Assembly: GCA_946965045.2 (NCBI GenBank)
Contig: OX337235.1
Coordinates: forward strand, 1,054,001 to 1,118,000
From: Epithemia pelagica
Lineage: Eukaryota > Protista > Bacillariophyta
Length of the DNA stretch: 64,000 bases
Direction: 5' to 3'
In this document: piece after piece, positions 1 to 8,987 of the stretch
How the letters are laid out: every line of letters begins with the position of its first letter
Position numbering within the stretch: position 1 is the stretch's first letter
The notes under the pieces: model-generated
What the model saw: only the letters and a program-made list of their open reading frames with translations
The model's database searches: none
Told to the model about the DNA's origin: nothing
Made by a program: the position numbers and the translations under genes

Positions 1-30
1 CCGGCCACGGGAGGAACAGCCTCCAATACC

Positions 31-1938
31 TTGTCGACGACCTCCCTCATGGGGTTGCATATTGTTGGCAAAGATAATGGTCGAACCTTGCGATTCACAA
101 CGCCCTCGTATGCCGATACGGTTCGAGCCCATGAAGCCTTACAAACCTATGCCTTTCCAGGACGGCGGAATTTGGGCTACTTGTTTGCCTTTGAATCGAA
201 AAAAGATGACGTGATGAAATCCATTGTGACCGATCCAGCGACTGGGCAGAAACAAGTCACTCTCCCACCCGTTGCCAAGCAGTTTGATGCAATGACGGAG
301 TTTGCCAGACAATTTCAAAGGTACAAGAACAACAACTGTCCATGGACGGTATATCAGTCGGTCAATGCGCACTATCAACTTTGCGGTTCTTATCCCTCAA
401 TCTTGGCGGGACCTTCGTCCTTGAATGAGAATAGTCCTGATTCTGTGCGCGTTTTACAACAGTCGGCGACGTTTCGATCGGAACAGCGGTTGCCTGTTCT
501 GACCTATGCTTCAGGCCGAGGAGGGGGCAGTCTGTGGCGATGTTCGCAACCCAAGATTGGGTTACAGGGCAATCGGAGTCCGGCGGATGAATGGTTAATG
601 AAACAAATTCTGGATCAGGCAGTTCAAGCCAACACAACGGAACCCCCGCGTTCTCCACCCATTCCCCGACAAGTCTTGTTACAGTTGACCGGCAGTGCGT
701 CATTGGAGCAGTTTGCCAAGGACTGGTTACCGTCCTTCACGACAGGAACCTCGTCTGGGTCTCTCATGGTCCCATGTGAATTGAAAATATTGGATTTACG
801 TCCCCGCTCGTCCGCCATGGCCAATCGTACAGGGGGATATGGGTACGAAAATACGTCCAATTACCCCGGTTCAACCTTGCAATTTTGTGGTATAGGGAAT
901 ATTCATGCCGTTCGGGATGCCTATCAAAAGATTTCCAACACTTGCATGTCGGCGGCGACGCAAGATTTACAATGGGTGTCCCAAGTGGAAGATTCGAAAT
1001 GGTTGCATCATATTCGGAACATTCTTACTGCTTCGTGGGAAGCGGTGTACTGGATCCATGTTTTTTCCTTACCTGTCGTGTTGCATTGCTCTCACGGATG
1101 GGATCGAACGTCCCAAGTGGCCTGTGTCGCTCAATTAATGTTGGATCCTTACTATCGTACTATCCCAGGGTTTGCCTGTCTGGTTGAAAAAGACTTCATG
1201 GCGTTTGGACATCCCTTTCATACGCGGTGTGCACATGGGGTAGGAACTGGTGGTGCAGGCAATACATCTTCCGTGGTATCTAACACGGTGAATACGGCGA
1301 GCAACATGGCGAAAAACGACAATTTCGACGAAGGACAAGTATCACCAGTCTTTTTGCAATTCCTCGATTGTGTCTATCAGTTGGTTTCCTTATACCCCGA
1401 TGCCTTTGAAATTACAACCCGGTACTTGTTGGATTTGAGTGATCACGTCTACTCTTGCCGCTTTGGCAACTTTTTGTGTGACACGGAACGCGAGCGTGAA
1501 ACGGTGGCTGGCATTCGGCAAAGGACCCATTCCATATGGGATTTCTTGCAAGCGAGGCACGCAGGACGAAGCAGCAAGTCATTGACAGGTGGTGTCTTGC
1601 TCATGCCCTTGCCCACATTGCTAAGGAATGTCTCATTGTGGACAGATCGACACGCCAAGTTTGGTGCCAAACCAACGCAACGATGGACTATGCCTGAATC
1701 CGTGCCAAGCAATATATGGACTGGTGCGCCGGATGGACGACACGATGATGATACGCCCCACTTTCACCCAATTCCGACCCTTCAAGAAGCACAAGCGGAA
1801 ACTTTGGCCCGGTTGGCGATGTCATCGACGGATTCTCCTTCGATAACTATCCAAAATACTGGAACTCCGACGGCGTCTCAGCCTATCAACCCCGACACCA
1901 GTGTAGAAACCTCAATTAAGGAGGAAACAACTAAGTGA
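31..1938 (+). CDS. Myotubularin-related phosphoinositide 3-phosphatase (5' end probably outside the window)
   Basis: ORF has myotubularin motifs YQLCGSYP, WRCSQP, DLRP, GGYGYE, IGNIHAVR, HCSHGWDRTSQ, DPYYRTIPGF, EKDFMAFGHPF and SPVFLQFLDCVYQL. The ORF starts at TTG, so the true start is likely upstream. Confidence 0.92.
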   Translation: MSTTSLMGLHIVGKDNGRTLRFTTPSYADTVRAHEALQTYAFPGRRNLGYLFAFESKKDDVMKSIVTDPATGQKQVTLPPVAKQFDAMTEFARQFQRYKNNNCPWTVYQSVNAHYQLCGSYPSILAGPSSLNENSPDSVRVLQQSATFRSEQRLPVLTYASGRGGGSLWRCSQPKIGLQGNRSPADEWLMKQILDQAVQANTTEPPRSPPIPRQVLLQLTGSASLEQFAKDWLPSFTTGTSSGSLMVPCELKILDLRPRSSAMANRTGGYGYENTSNYPGSTLQFCGIGNIHAVRDAYQKISNTCMSAATQDLQWVSQVEDSKWLHHIRNILTASWEAVYWIHVFSLPVVLHCSHGWDRTSQVACVAQLMLDPYYRTIPGFACLVEKDFMAFGHPFHTRCAHGVGTGGAGNTSSVVSNTVNTASNMAKNDNFDEGQVSPVFLQFLDCVYQLVSLYPDAFEITTRYLLDLSDHVYSCRFGNFLCDTERERETVAGIRQRTHSIWDFLQARHAGRSSKSLTGGVLLMPLPTLLRNVSLWTDRHAKFGAKPTQRWTMPESVPSNIWTGAPDGRHDDDTPHFHPIPTLQEAQAETLARLAMSSTDSPSITIQNTGTPTASQPINPDTSVETSIKEETTK

Positions 1939-2061
1939 AAGACCGTCTCGTTCGTGGCCATCTCTTGTTTTAATTGAAATTAGTATGCCGTCGTTCTTCA
2001 GTATTGGTTCAGATTATTGCTCACTGAAAAAAGGCCAGCACTTATTGACAGCAATACGTAC

Positions 2062-2488
2062 AAATCCACGGAAGGAAAACAGGAGAGACCAAAAGTAAAT
2101 CCTGCGATATACACTAAACACTGTGACTACGAACTATAGGATGTATGTGTCCCGCTCGCCTCTGCGTCAAAAACATTCGGAAATAGTAGTGAGCGCCTTG
2201 CCACTGAGCTTGAGTAACTAAGGCCTTGACTTGTGTGTACAGCTCCCACAAAAAAGATCCTTCGTCTTGATGGACTGGAACCAAGTGTCGACTGATTGAA
2301 CCTCTGTGTGCCTGGGAGCATCATTAATCTCCCGGTATTTTATTAAGAGACGTAAAAAGACAAAGAACTTGACTCGTTGTTTGGCAAGTTGAGTTGTAGA
2401 ACAAGGAAACCGAAAAAATTCGTTTGTTTCCTGGTTGACGTCATTCTCAAAGCTTCGGCTTGGTGGTAGAGGAGAAAACGAGATGCCT
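2062..2488. repeat. Partial direct duplication of 3744-4435, with internal deletions of about 240 bp and about 25 bp
   Basis: Long near-identical blocks shared by both copies, e.g. ACGGAAGGAAA..CAGGAGAG and CTCTGCGTCAAAAACATTCGG...GAGATGCCT. Confidence 0.92.
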
Positions 2489-2616
2489 TCTCTAAACGAG
2501 ACGTAATTCATAGGCAGTGGGATCATTTGCTCTTGTGTGCAGGATGCGGGCTCGGTTGCAAGAAGCCAAATCTTTGATTGTGAGGGTGTTTTCGTCCTTG
2601 GAAGACATTCCTGCAC
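2218..2616 (-). pseudogene. Degenerate paralog of the 4006-4578 orphan gene
   Basis: Shares NDVNQETNEFFRFPCSTTQLAKQRVKFFVFLRLL.KY.EI.DAPRHTEVQSV, then shifts frame at a deletion; the N-terminus is unrelated. Confidence 0.6.
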
Positions 2617-2670
2617 AAGCTCATCGCTGACTAAAGAGTTGATTTTTCAAAAAACAGATCGAAGTTTCGG

Positions 2671-3537
2671 CTAGCTGGTCAACCTATAAGACTCGTTTGG
2701 TTCGATGACAAGAACTTCTTCGAATACAAAAGCACAGAATTCTTCCCCCTCTTGCAGAGGTCCAAGACGCCAGTCCTCTTCCTTTCTGACAAGATCATCC
2801 ACTTCCTCGTGGTCCACAAAAAACCTCGTGTTCACAACAGCCCCACCGTCGCTCAAGTGAAGAGGGCAGTTCTGAACATACGGGATACCAGAAGCGGCAA
2901 CCAAGCTATGGGCATGTTTCGAGATCAAAGTAGGATTGCATCGTTTTCCCTTCGCTCTCTCCAATGCGCGAACAGCCATTGGGTGTGATGAAACGAGGCC
3001 GGACGCAACGTCGTGGGGGTGGCAAGCAGTCGAACACAAACTCGATGCGATTCCTTGACCTCGTTCTTCCGCCAACACAACCAGTTGGGTAATCCATGAC
3101 GCAAACCCATCGCCCCATGCAAACCTGCAAACAAAGGCGTGGCCCACAAGTTTTCCGGTGGCGTTTCTGGCAAGAACCACAGAGCAGGTTTCATCGAAAA
3201 GGCACTGCGCTTTGAGCCTCTTGGTGCTCATTTTCACAGGTTGGCCTGGTTTGAATCCTCTCGACCCCCACTTTCCATAATTCTCTCCAAAGAGAGTAGT
3301 ACACTCTTTCAGGTGAAATTCACTAACACGATCGAACAGCAAAAGTTCGATGGAGATCTTGGGCGGCGATTGCTTGCCTGGAGAAGTCGATTTCCTTGGG
3401 CTCCTAGGCCGCTCTTGCACCAGACTTGTTGTCGTTGACAAGCCATCATCGCCCTTCTTGGACCCCTTATCTTTCAATTCAGTAGATGGTGAAGACATGG
3501 TAGGTAGGTACGGGCCGATTCGATTGAGGCCCATCAT
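2671..3537 (-). CDS. GNAT-family acetyltransferase
   Basis: Acetyl-CoA-binding motif A (ITQLVVLAEERGQGIASSLC) preceded by LVGHAFVCRF. Confidence 0.8.
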   Translation of the reverse strand: MMGLNRIGPYLPTMSSPSTELKDKGSKKGDDGLSTTTSLVQERPRSPRKSTSPGKQSPPKISIELLLFDRVSEFHLKECTTLFGENYGKWGSRGFKPGQPVKMSTKRLKAQCLFDETCSVVLARNATGKLVGHAFVCRFAWGDGFASWITQLVVLAEERGQGIASSLCSTACHPHDVASGLVSSHPMAVRALERAKGKRCNPTLISKHAHSLVAASGIPYVQNCPLHLSDGGAVVNTRFFVDHEEVDDLVRKEEDWRLGPLQEGEEFCAFVFEEVLVIEPNESYRLTS

Positions 3538-4005
3538 GCTGGTAATCCCGAGCCGGAAAAAGAGGGGGGGGAGGCCGGAGAGCGGGGAAAAAGAAGGGGA
3601 GAGAAGAAGGAGAAGGAAGAAGCTAGCAACCTACCTATGTATTCCTCCAGAGAGAGTAGATTCCATATCGAGAGTGATCATTATCATTGTGGTTCTGGAC
3701 GTCTAGACGAACAAAAAATAATCACAAACTGCAAACTGCGCAAAAATCAACGGAAGGAAAGCAGGAGAGAACCAAAGTAAATCCTGTGATATACACTTTA
3801 CACTGTGACTACGAATCATAGGATGTATGTGTCCCGCTTAATGATATGGCTCACGTTGCAATACTGACAACAGCAAACAAATTTGTACAGTGATGAAAAG
3901 AGTTCTTGCTTGTATCGACATGTAGGGGTGTCAATGTACAGATAGTCATGTTGAGTTGGCAACTCCTCCCCCAGTCGATGCACTTGGAGACTAGAAACAT
4001 TGTTC

Positions 4006-4578
4006 TTACGAGCCGTCGAAAGAAACAACCGCGCATACTCCGAAGCCGCGACGGCCACGGCTGCGGTGATGGCGGCGTCTCTGCGTCAAAAACATTCGGA
4101 AATAGTAGTGAGCGCCTTGCCACTGAGCTTGAGTAACTAAGGCCTTGACTTGTGTGTACAGCTCCCACAAAAAAGATCCTTCGTCTTGATGGACTGGAAC
4201 CAAGTGTCGACTTTGGGTGCAAAAGTCTTGCAGAACGGATTGAACCTCTGTGTGCCTGGGAGCATCATGAATCTCCAGGTATTTCATTAAGAGACGTAAA
4301 AAGACAAAGAACTTGACTCGTTGTTTCGCAAGTTGAGTTGTAGAACAAGGAAACCGAAAAAATTCGTTTGTTTCCTGGTTGACGTCATTCTTGTCAAAGC
4401 TTCGGCTTGGTGGTAGAGGAGCCGGCGAGATGCCTCCTTGCAATGAATCCGTGTCAGTGTCAGAGCAGCTTGATACCTCTGCGATCACGGCACCGTCATG
4501 TTCAGAGTCTTCAATCAAAACAGCAGTACCGAGAAGGTGTCGTTGACGAGATGTTAATCTGATATTCATTCGGTTCAA
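4006..4578 (-). CDS. Small helical protein of a diatom-type family, function unknown
   Basis: Pattern FFVFLRLLMKYLE...V.ALV....W..A..Y resembles an expanded diatom family as I recall it; a local paralog lies at 2218-2616. Confidence 0.55.
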   Translation of the reverse strand: MNRMNIRLTSRQRHLLGTAVLIEDSEHDGAVIAEVSSCSDTDTDSLQGGISPAPLPPSRSFDKNDVNQETNEFFRFPCSTTQLAKQRVKFFVFLRLLMKYLEIHDAPRHTEVQSVLQDFCTQSRHLVPVHQDEGSFLWELYTQVKALVTQAQWQGAHYYFRMFLTQRRRHHRSRGRRGFGVCAVVSFDGS

Positions 4579-4823
4579 AGTATGACGAGCAACTCTGGGT
4601 CATTCGAGCAAGTCTTTCTTGTAAAACAAGAATGTAATGGTTTTGTATTATGCCATTGATCCACAATCAGCGTCGATGAATTTTATGGCCAAGACCGATT
4701 CACATTGAGTATTGGGAGCCGTTGAGCCCATTGAGGACGCCAAAGCGACTCTGACGTACTTGACCGAAATCAAGAGAGAACAAGGGCGAATGGTACGTAT
4801 CGCATTCGGGTTTCTGATATTCC

Positions 4824-5985
4824 CTCGGTATAGGTGACCACCTATTAGTCGTATGTACGTCGTCCGCAAACTGTCCCCCCAATGGAGATTTTTTTCTCGA
4901 TTCAATTCCAATTTTCAATTTTCCATAAAAAATCAGAAAGGACACGCCGGCATATCCTTGTCACATTTCAAATCAGTTTGAGTGCATGACGGTTGCCGTT
5001 GGTGGTTTCTGAATACATTCTATAAAAAAAACCTCCATTACAGCGGCCATGTCCATGGCAATACTTGCAATGGCATGATTTTTCAGCTTCAATGCTACCC
5101 AGGTACGTCAAGAAAGACAGAGCTGCGATTGGGCTAAGGACAAGCATCTCAATAGTCCCTCCCTGTTGTTTTTGTTTGCATACACCCCTTGAGCCCCATT
5201 TTCTGGACTCGTTGCGACGTCTCACTTTTCACCAGTCCAATTTCGCTTGTAGTCTTTATGATTGATTCATTTGTAGCCCTTTTTCTCTGATACTAGTCTA
5301 GGTAGAATTCCTGTTCTATTTTTTATCATAGGGGTAAATATCAAGGTCAATGGTGGTGTCCTGCTCTACCAGGGATTCTCTTGTCTTTATTCTTCTCCTT
5401 CTCCTTGTCTTCACCTTGAAGAAGATACAGCAAACACTGGGAATTTGTCTCAGCGACCATTAGCCTAGAAAGAAAGTGGTGACAATCAGCCTCATGATGA
5501 AGTTTGCCATCTACAACTTGGATTACTACTCCTAAGAGTAAGAAGAAGAAACCAAATCGTCCCCTACCTAGTAGACAACTAGAACAATGGATGTGACATG
5601 CCCTACAATGAGAAAATGGGCGAAAACACTACCAATCTATCAATCCTAAGAAGAAACAGAAGGCACAAACAACAACTGAAGGAAAGACGCGCTCTGTCTA
5701 CAGTCTACAATGATTCGTCCGCGGTTCATGTGCCATGGCCGATGGTCTTACCGGTACCGTGATGGGGCCCTTCAGATTTTGCTCTCACGGTTTTTATGAG
5801 CAGTCGCTCGCGAGCGTCTGGAATTTGAATCGTGTTGATCAGAGGACGCCCGCCAACCTTCAACTGTCACTTGCACGCCGGCCATTCTACATGACGATTT
5901 GCTTTTGGGAGATTTTATGGGGGAGAAGGACAGAGTTCTGTGCGGACGACGTACGTACGGTTTATAGGTGGTCACCGATACAGAG
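4824..5985. repeat. 45-bp inverted repeat pair (4824-4868 and 5941-5985), 39/45 identical, enclosing about 1.07 kb without a convincing ORF
   Basis: Reverse complement of the left arm, TGCGGACGACGTACATACGACTAATAGGTGGTCACCTATACCGAG, versus right arm TGCGGACGACGTACGTACGGTTTATAGGTGGTCACCGATACAGAG. Confidence 0.85.
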
Positions 5986-6019
5986 CCTTAATACTCACGG
6001 GGCCTCAGAAATACATGGC

Positions 6020-8146
6020 ATGATTGAGGAGTTGATGATCACCCATGGGAATGGAGATCTCGTCAGTGACCTAATATATGCTGCAATCAATCGTGATTAT
6101 AGAGACAGGGTGACTAACTATATGTCCTTTTGTGACTCTACACATCAGAGGGCCCACGACTATCCAGAGAAAGATGGAGAATGGTTGACCAGGTTTCCTC
6201 CATTGGGCGAAACCATCCGAAAAGCCTATCTAGAGGCCAGTCAGAGCACCTGGAATCCGTGGAGATTGAGTGACAAAGACAGGCACACGCGCGAAATACA
6301 AGCAGTCAAATGCTCGACAAGCTTTGCTCAAGATCATACTTACCAAGTTGTAAAAAATTATCCCAAAAGGATACAAGCCGAGGCCCTGTTTGATTGTTGT
6401 AATGAACATGGGGAAGTGCTCTTGGCTGTTCTTGTCAAAAGTACAGAAACCAAGCATTTCTCACACGCCGCAACCCAACTGGCCAAGCGACCAGGATTCC
6501 GACCATCTATCATGTATTCGGACACCTTCCCGCACAAAAAAGGCTATTGGGAGGAATTGTTGGGTAAAGGCAAAGAAGGGAATAATGTCCAAGGTAGACT
6601 GGGCCTGTTCCATTTCATTCGCCGAATCACCAAGACCATGCGTCCGAGTCACATAGACTATGGTGATGCAATGCGTGACCTCCTCGACTGTCTATACGAG
6701 TATGACGACGGCGACTTTGGCAGACTCGTGACAGCCCTAAAGAATGGAGAAATGTCGGCAACAGGTGAGAAGTACAGTGACAAAGGCATTGCAGAGATGC
6801 GCCAAACAAAAACCTTTCGACAAAGGTATGGAAAGTACTTACGGAAGAAGATTCGGGGGAAACAGGCCATCACAACAAAACTAGAAGAATGGAAAACCAA
6901 GTACAAGGTGAGAGCTTCCGAGGGTTCGAGTCCAGCACGAGGGAGGCTTGATCCGCGTACACAGCAATCTCTGTTCACTGCTGAAACGCACCAGGCAATC
7001 GAAAACTGCAAAAACAAAGCGGAGTTCTTGTCGGATCCACTGCCAACAAAGAAAATGTATCTTGAGATCAAGGCCCATCCCAATTCAAAGCACGGGTTGA
7101 GTGAGTTTGTGTCTTACCGTGGTGAAAGTAAGCTCGAATCGTGGCACGACAACCTTGCCCATTTTGGGAATGGAGGTATGAACGAGGCACTCAGCGATGT
7201 GCTGAATCTCTGTGGAACAGCACGATACAACAAGAAAATACGACAAAACGTCCGTTTAGCCAATCTCAATTCGCAACAACGCAACAAGAACATGCCTGCA
7301 GCATGGGAAGGAGTTGTGAGTCACTGGAATCACTGCGAGTTGGCATTCATCAACAAGCTTGCCGTTCGCTGCGGGGCAAAGAAACCGTTCGACTACGTGG
7401 AGGACTTACCGGACGACAACGGTGAACGCTTCTTCTCGGAATATCTCTCAATCCAAACAGAGATCCAGCAACAATGGCCGCTCCAATTCTTCCACAATGA
7501 CCACTGTCCCTGCAATGGCTGTTCCAGTTATCTCCACAATAAAACACAACTTGCAATTGAAGAAATGAGAGACGATCATGAAGACAACAATGATGACAAC
7601 AACAACGGACAGCACGACGAGGAAGATGAATCAGATGAAGAGCAAGACATGAATGAAGAAAAAGAAAAAGAAAAAGAAAAGGAGAGTGACTGCGAAGATA
7701 TCAATATGGCAGAGGAGGAGGGTGAGACAAACAGTATGCAAGCTGAATCATCTCCAGTGGCCGCCCATTTCCAGCCTGCAAAGAATCCAAATGCAACAAC
7801 AACAACAACAAACATTACCATGCCTCCAACACAACAACAAATGATCCAGCCCCAAGCGGTGCCATCCATGCAACACAACCAGACCAAGGTCTATCACTAC
7901 CAGCAGCAATTGCTGCAGCAGGCAGCTTTCTTGTCCACGATCCTCTGCCAGCAAACAACGGCCGTGCCCAATCCGGCCCATCAACAAATACTGCTGCCAA
8001 ATCAACCACCACCACAATTCCCCCCGCAACTTCCAACCAACAACTGTTGCATCCGCAACATTCAGTACTGGAATCGCCCCAATCGAAGGGGCATCCCACC
8101 GCATGACAAATCATGCCGAAACCATGCGAGCAATCGTCTGTGTTGA
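6020..8146 (+). CDS. Catalytic (DDE) half of the transposase in internally deleted unit 1
   Basis: Unit 1 lacks about 1.44 kb (equivalent to about 8802-10240). The junction ...CATGGC|ATGATTGAG puts Met 21 nt from the element start. The extension to 5735 in the ORF track is flanking DNA. Confidence 0.8.
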   Translation: MIEELMITHGNGDLVSDLIYAAINRDYRDRVTNYMSFCDSTHQRAHDYPEKDGEWLTRFPPLGETIRKAYLEASQSTWNPWRLSDKDRHTREIQAVKCSTSFAQDHTYQVVKNYPKRIQAEALFDCCNEHGEVLLAVLVKSTETKHFSHAATQLAKRPGFRPSIMYSDTFPHKKGYWEELLGKGKEGNNVQGRLGLFHFIRRITKTMRPSHIDYGDAMRDLLDCLYEYDDGDFGRLVTALKNGEMSATGEKYSDKGIAEMRQTKTFRQRYGKYLRKKIRGKQAITTKLEEWKTKYKVRASEGSSPARGRLDPRTQQSLFTAETHQAIENCKNKAEFLSDPLPTKKMYLEIKAHPNSKHGLSEFVSYRGESKLESWHDNLAHFGNGGMNEALSDVLNLCGTARYNKKIRQNVRLANLNSQQRNKNMPAAWEGVVSHWNHCELAFINKLAVRCGAKKPFDYVEDLPDDNGERFFSEYLSIQTEIQQQWPLQFFHNDHCPCNGCSSYLHNKTQLAIEEMRDDHEDNNDDNNNGQHDEEDESDEEQDMNEEKEKEKEKESDCEDINMAEEEGETNSMQAESSPVAAHFQPAKNPNATTTTTNITMPPTQQQMIQPQAVPSMQHNQTKVYHYQQQLLQQAAFLSTILCQQTTAVPNPAHQQILLPNQPPPQFPPQLPTNNCCIRNIQYWNRPNRRGIPPHDKSCRNHASNRLC

Positions 8147-8987
8147 GAAAAAATAAAAATAGTTAGTGAAATGAAAAAAGCAACATGATTCGGGCACCAG
8201 CAGTGCTTGAGCACTTACCATGGTGCTGTTACCGGAAACAGAAGAACGAAAGAAAACAGTATTGGCAAGAACACAACAACAGTAGTGAGAAAACCATCGT
8301 CCAAGAAATAATGAGCTAGAGGAAAATGAGCAACCACTTCCGAAATCCTGCCGTAGCTAGGCTTACCTTGTACCAGTGGTACGAGACTTCTACGCACTCT
8401 TTTGTGGTGAATGCTAATATCTTCGCTGGAGAAGCAATCGGGCATATGTGAGTATGACACTGTTTACCTTAAGCAAAAGACAGTCGCTTCAGGCACTTGC
8501 CGTGGACTCATACGTATGTGGTAGTGGGGATCTGCCAAATCCCCTCCTTCCTGCTTCGTGGTCCACCACGCACTCACCACACATTGCACACAGGGGCAGA
8601 AACAGTGACAAAGACAACAGCCAATTAGATCACATTCTGATAGCGGCAATCGCACGTTCTCGACGAAGGGAATCTTACCATAATTTCTTCCTTCTTTTTC
8701 TTTTTTCCTTTTCTTCTTCTTTTTTTCTCCTCCTTTTTTCCCCTCCTCTTCTGTAAGATCCCCCTATATTTTCACTCACAGGGCCTCAGAAATACATGGC
8801 AGATACATGATTGGGTTAGAAATTTCACAAGACATAGACAAGACAGCAAAATACTTAACGAAAACTCACACAAGACATGTCTTCTCTTACCTGTAGACAT
8901 CGCGCGCCACGCGCAAAAAGCCACGGAATCTTGTCGACTCCACGAAAAAGATGAAAACGACGAGGAGTTCCGCTCCAACACGATTCC

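Noticed and set aside
5976-5985. U6 snRNA (CGATACAGAG matches the ACAGAGA box region)
   Set aside because: The match stops after 10 nt; no AAGATTAGCATGGCCCC follows and no U6 5' stem precedes it.
5735-6019. N-terminal 95 aa of the 803-aa ORF
   Set aside because: It lies outside the element boundary (5999) and is absent from the other units, so it is a chance open frame in flanking DNA.
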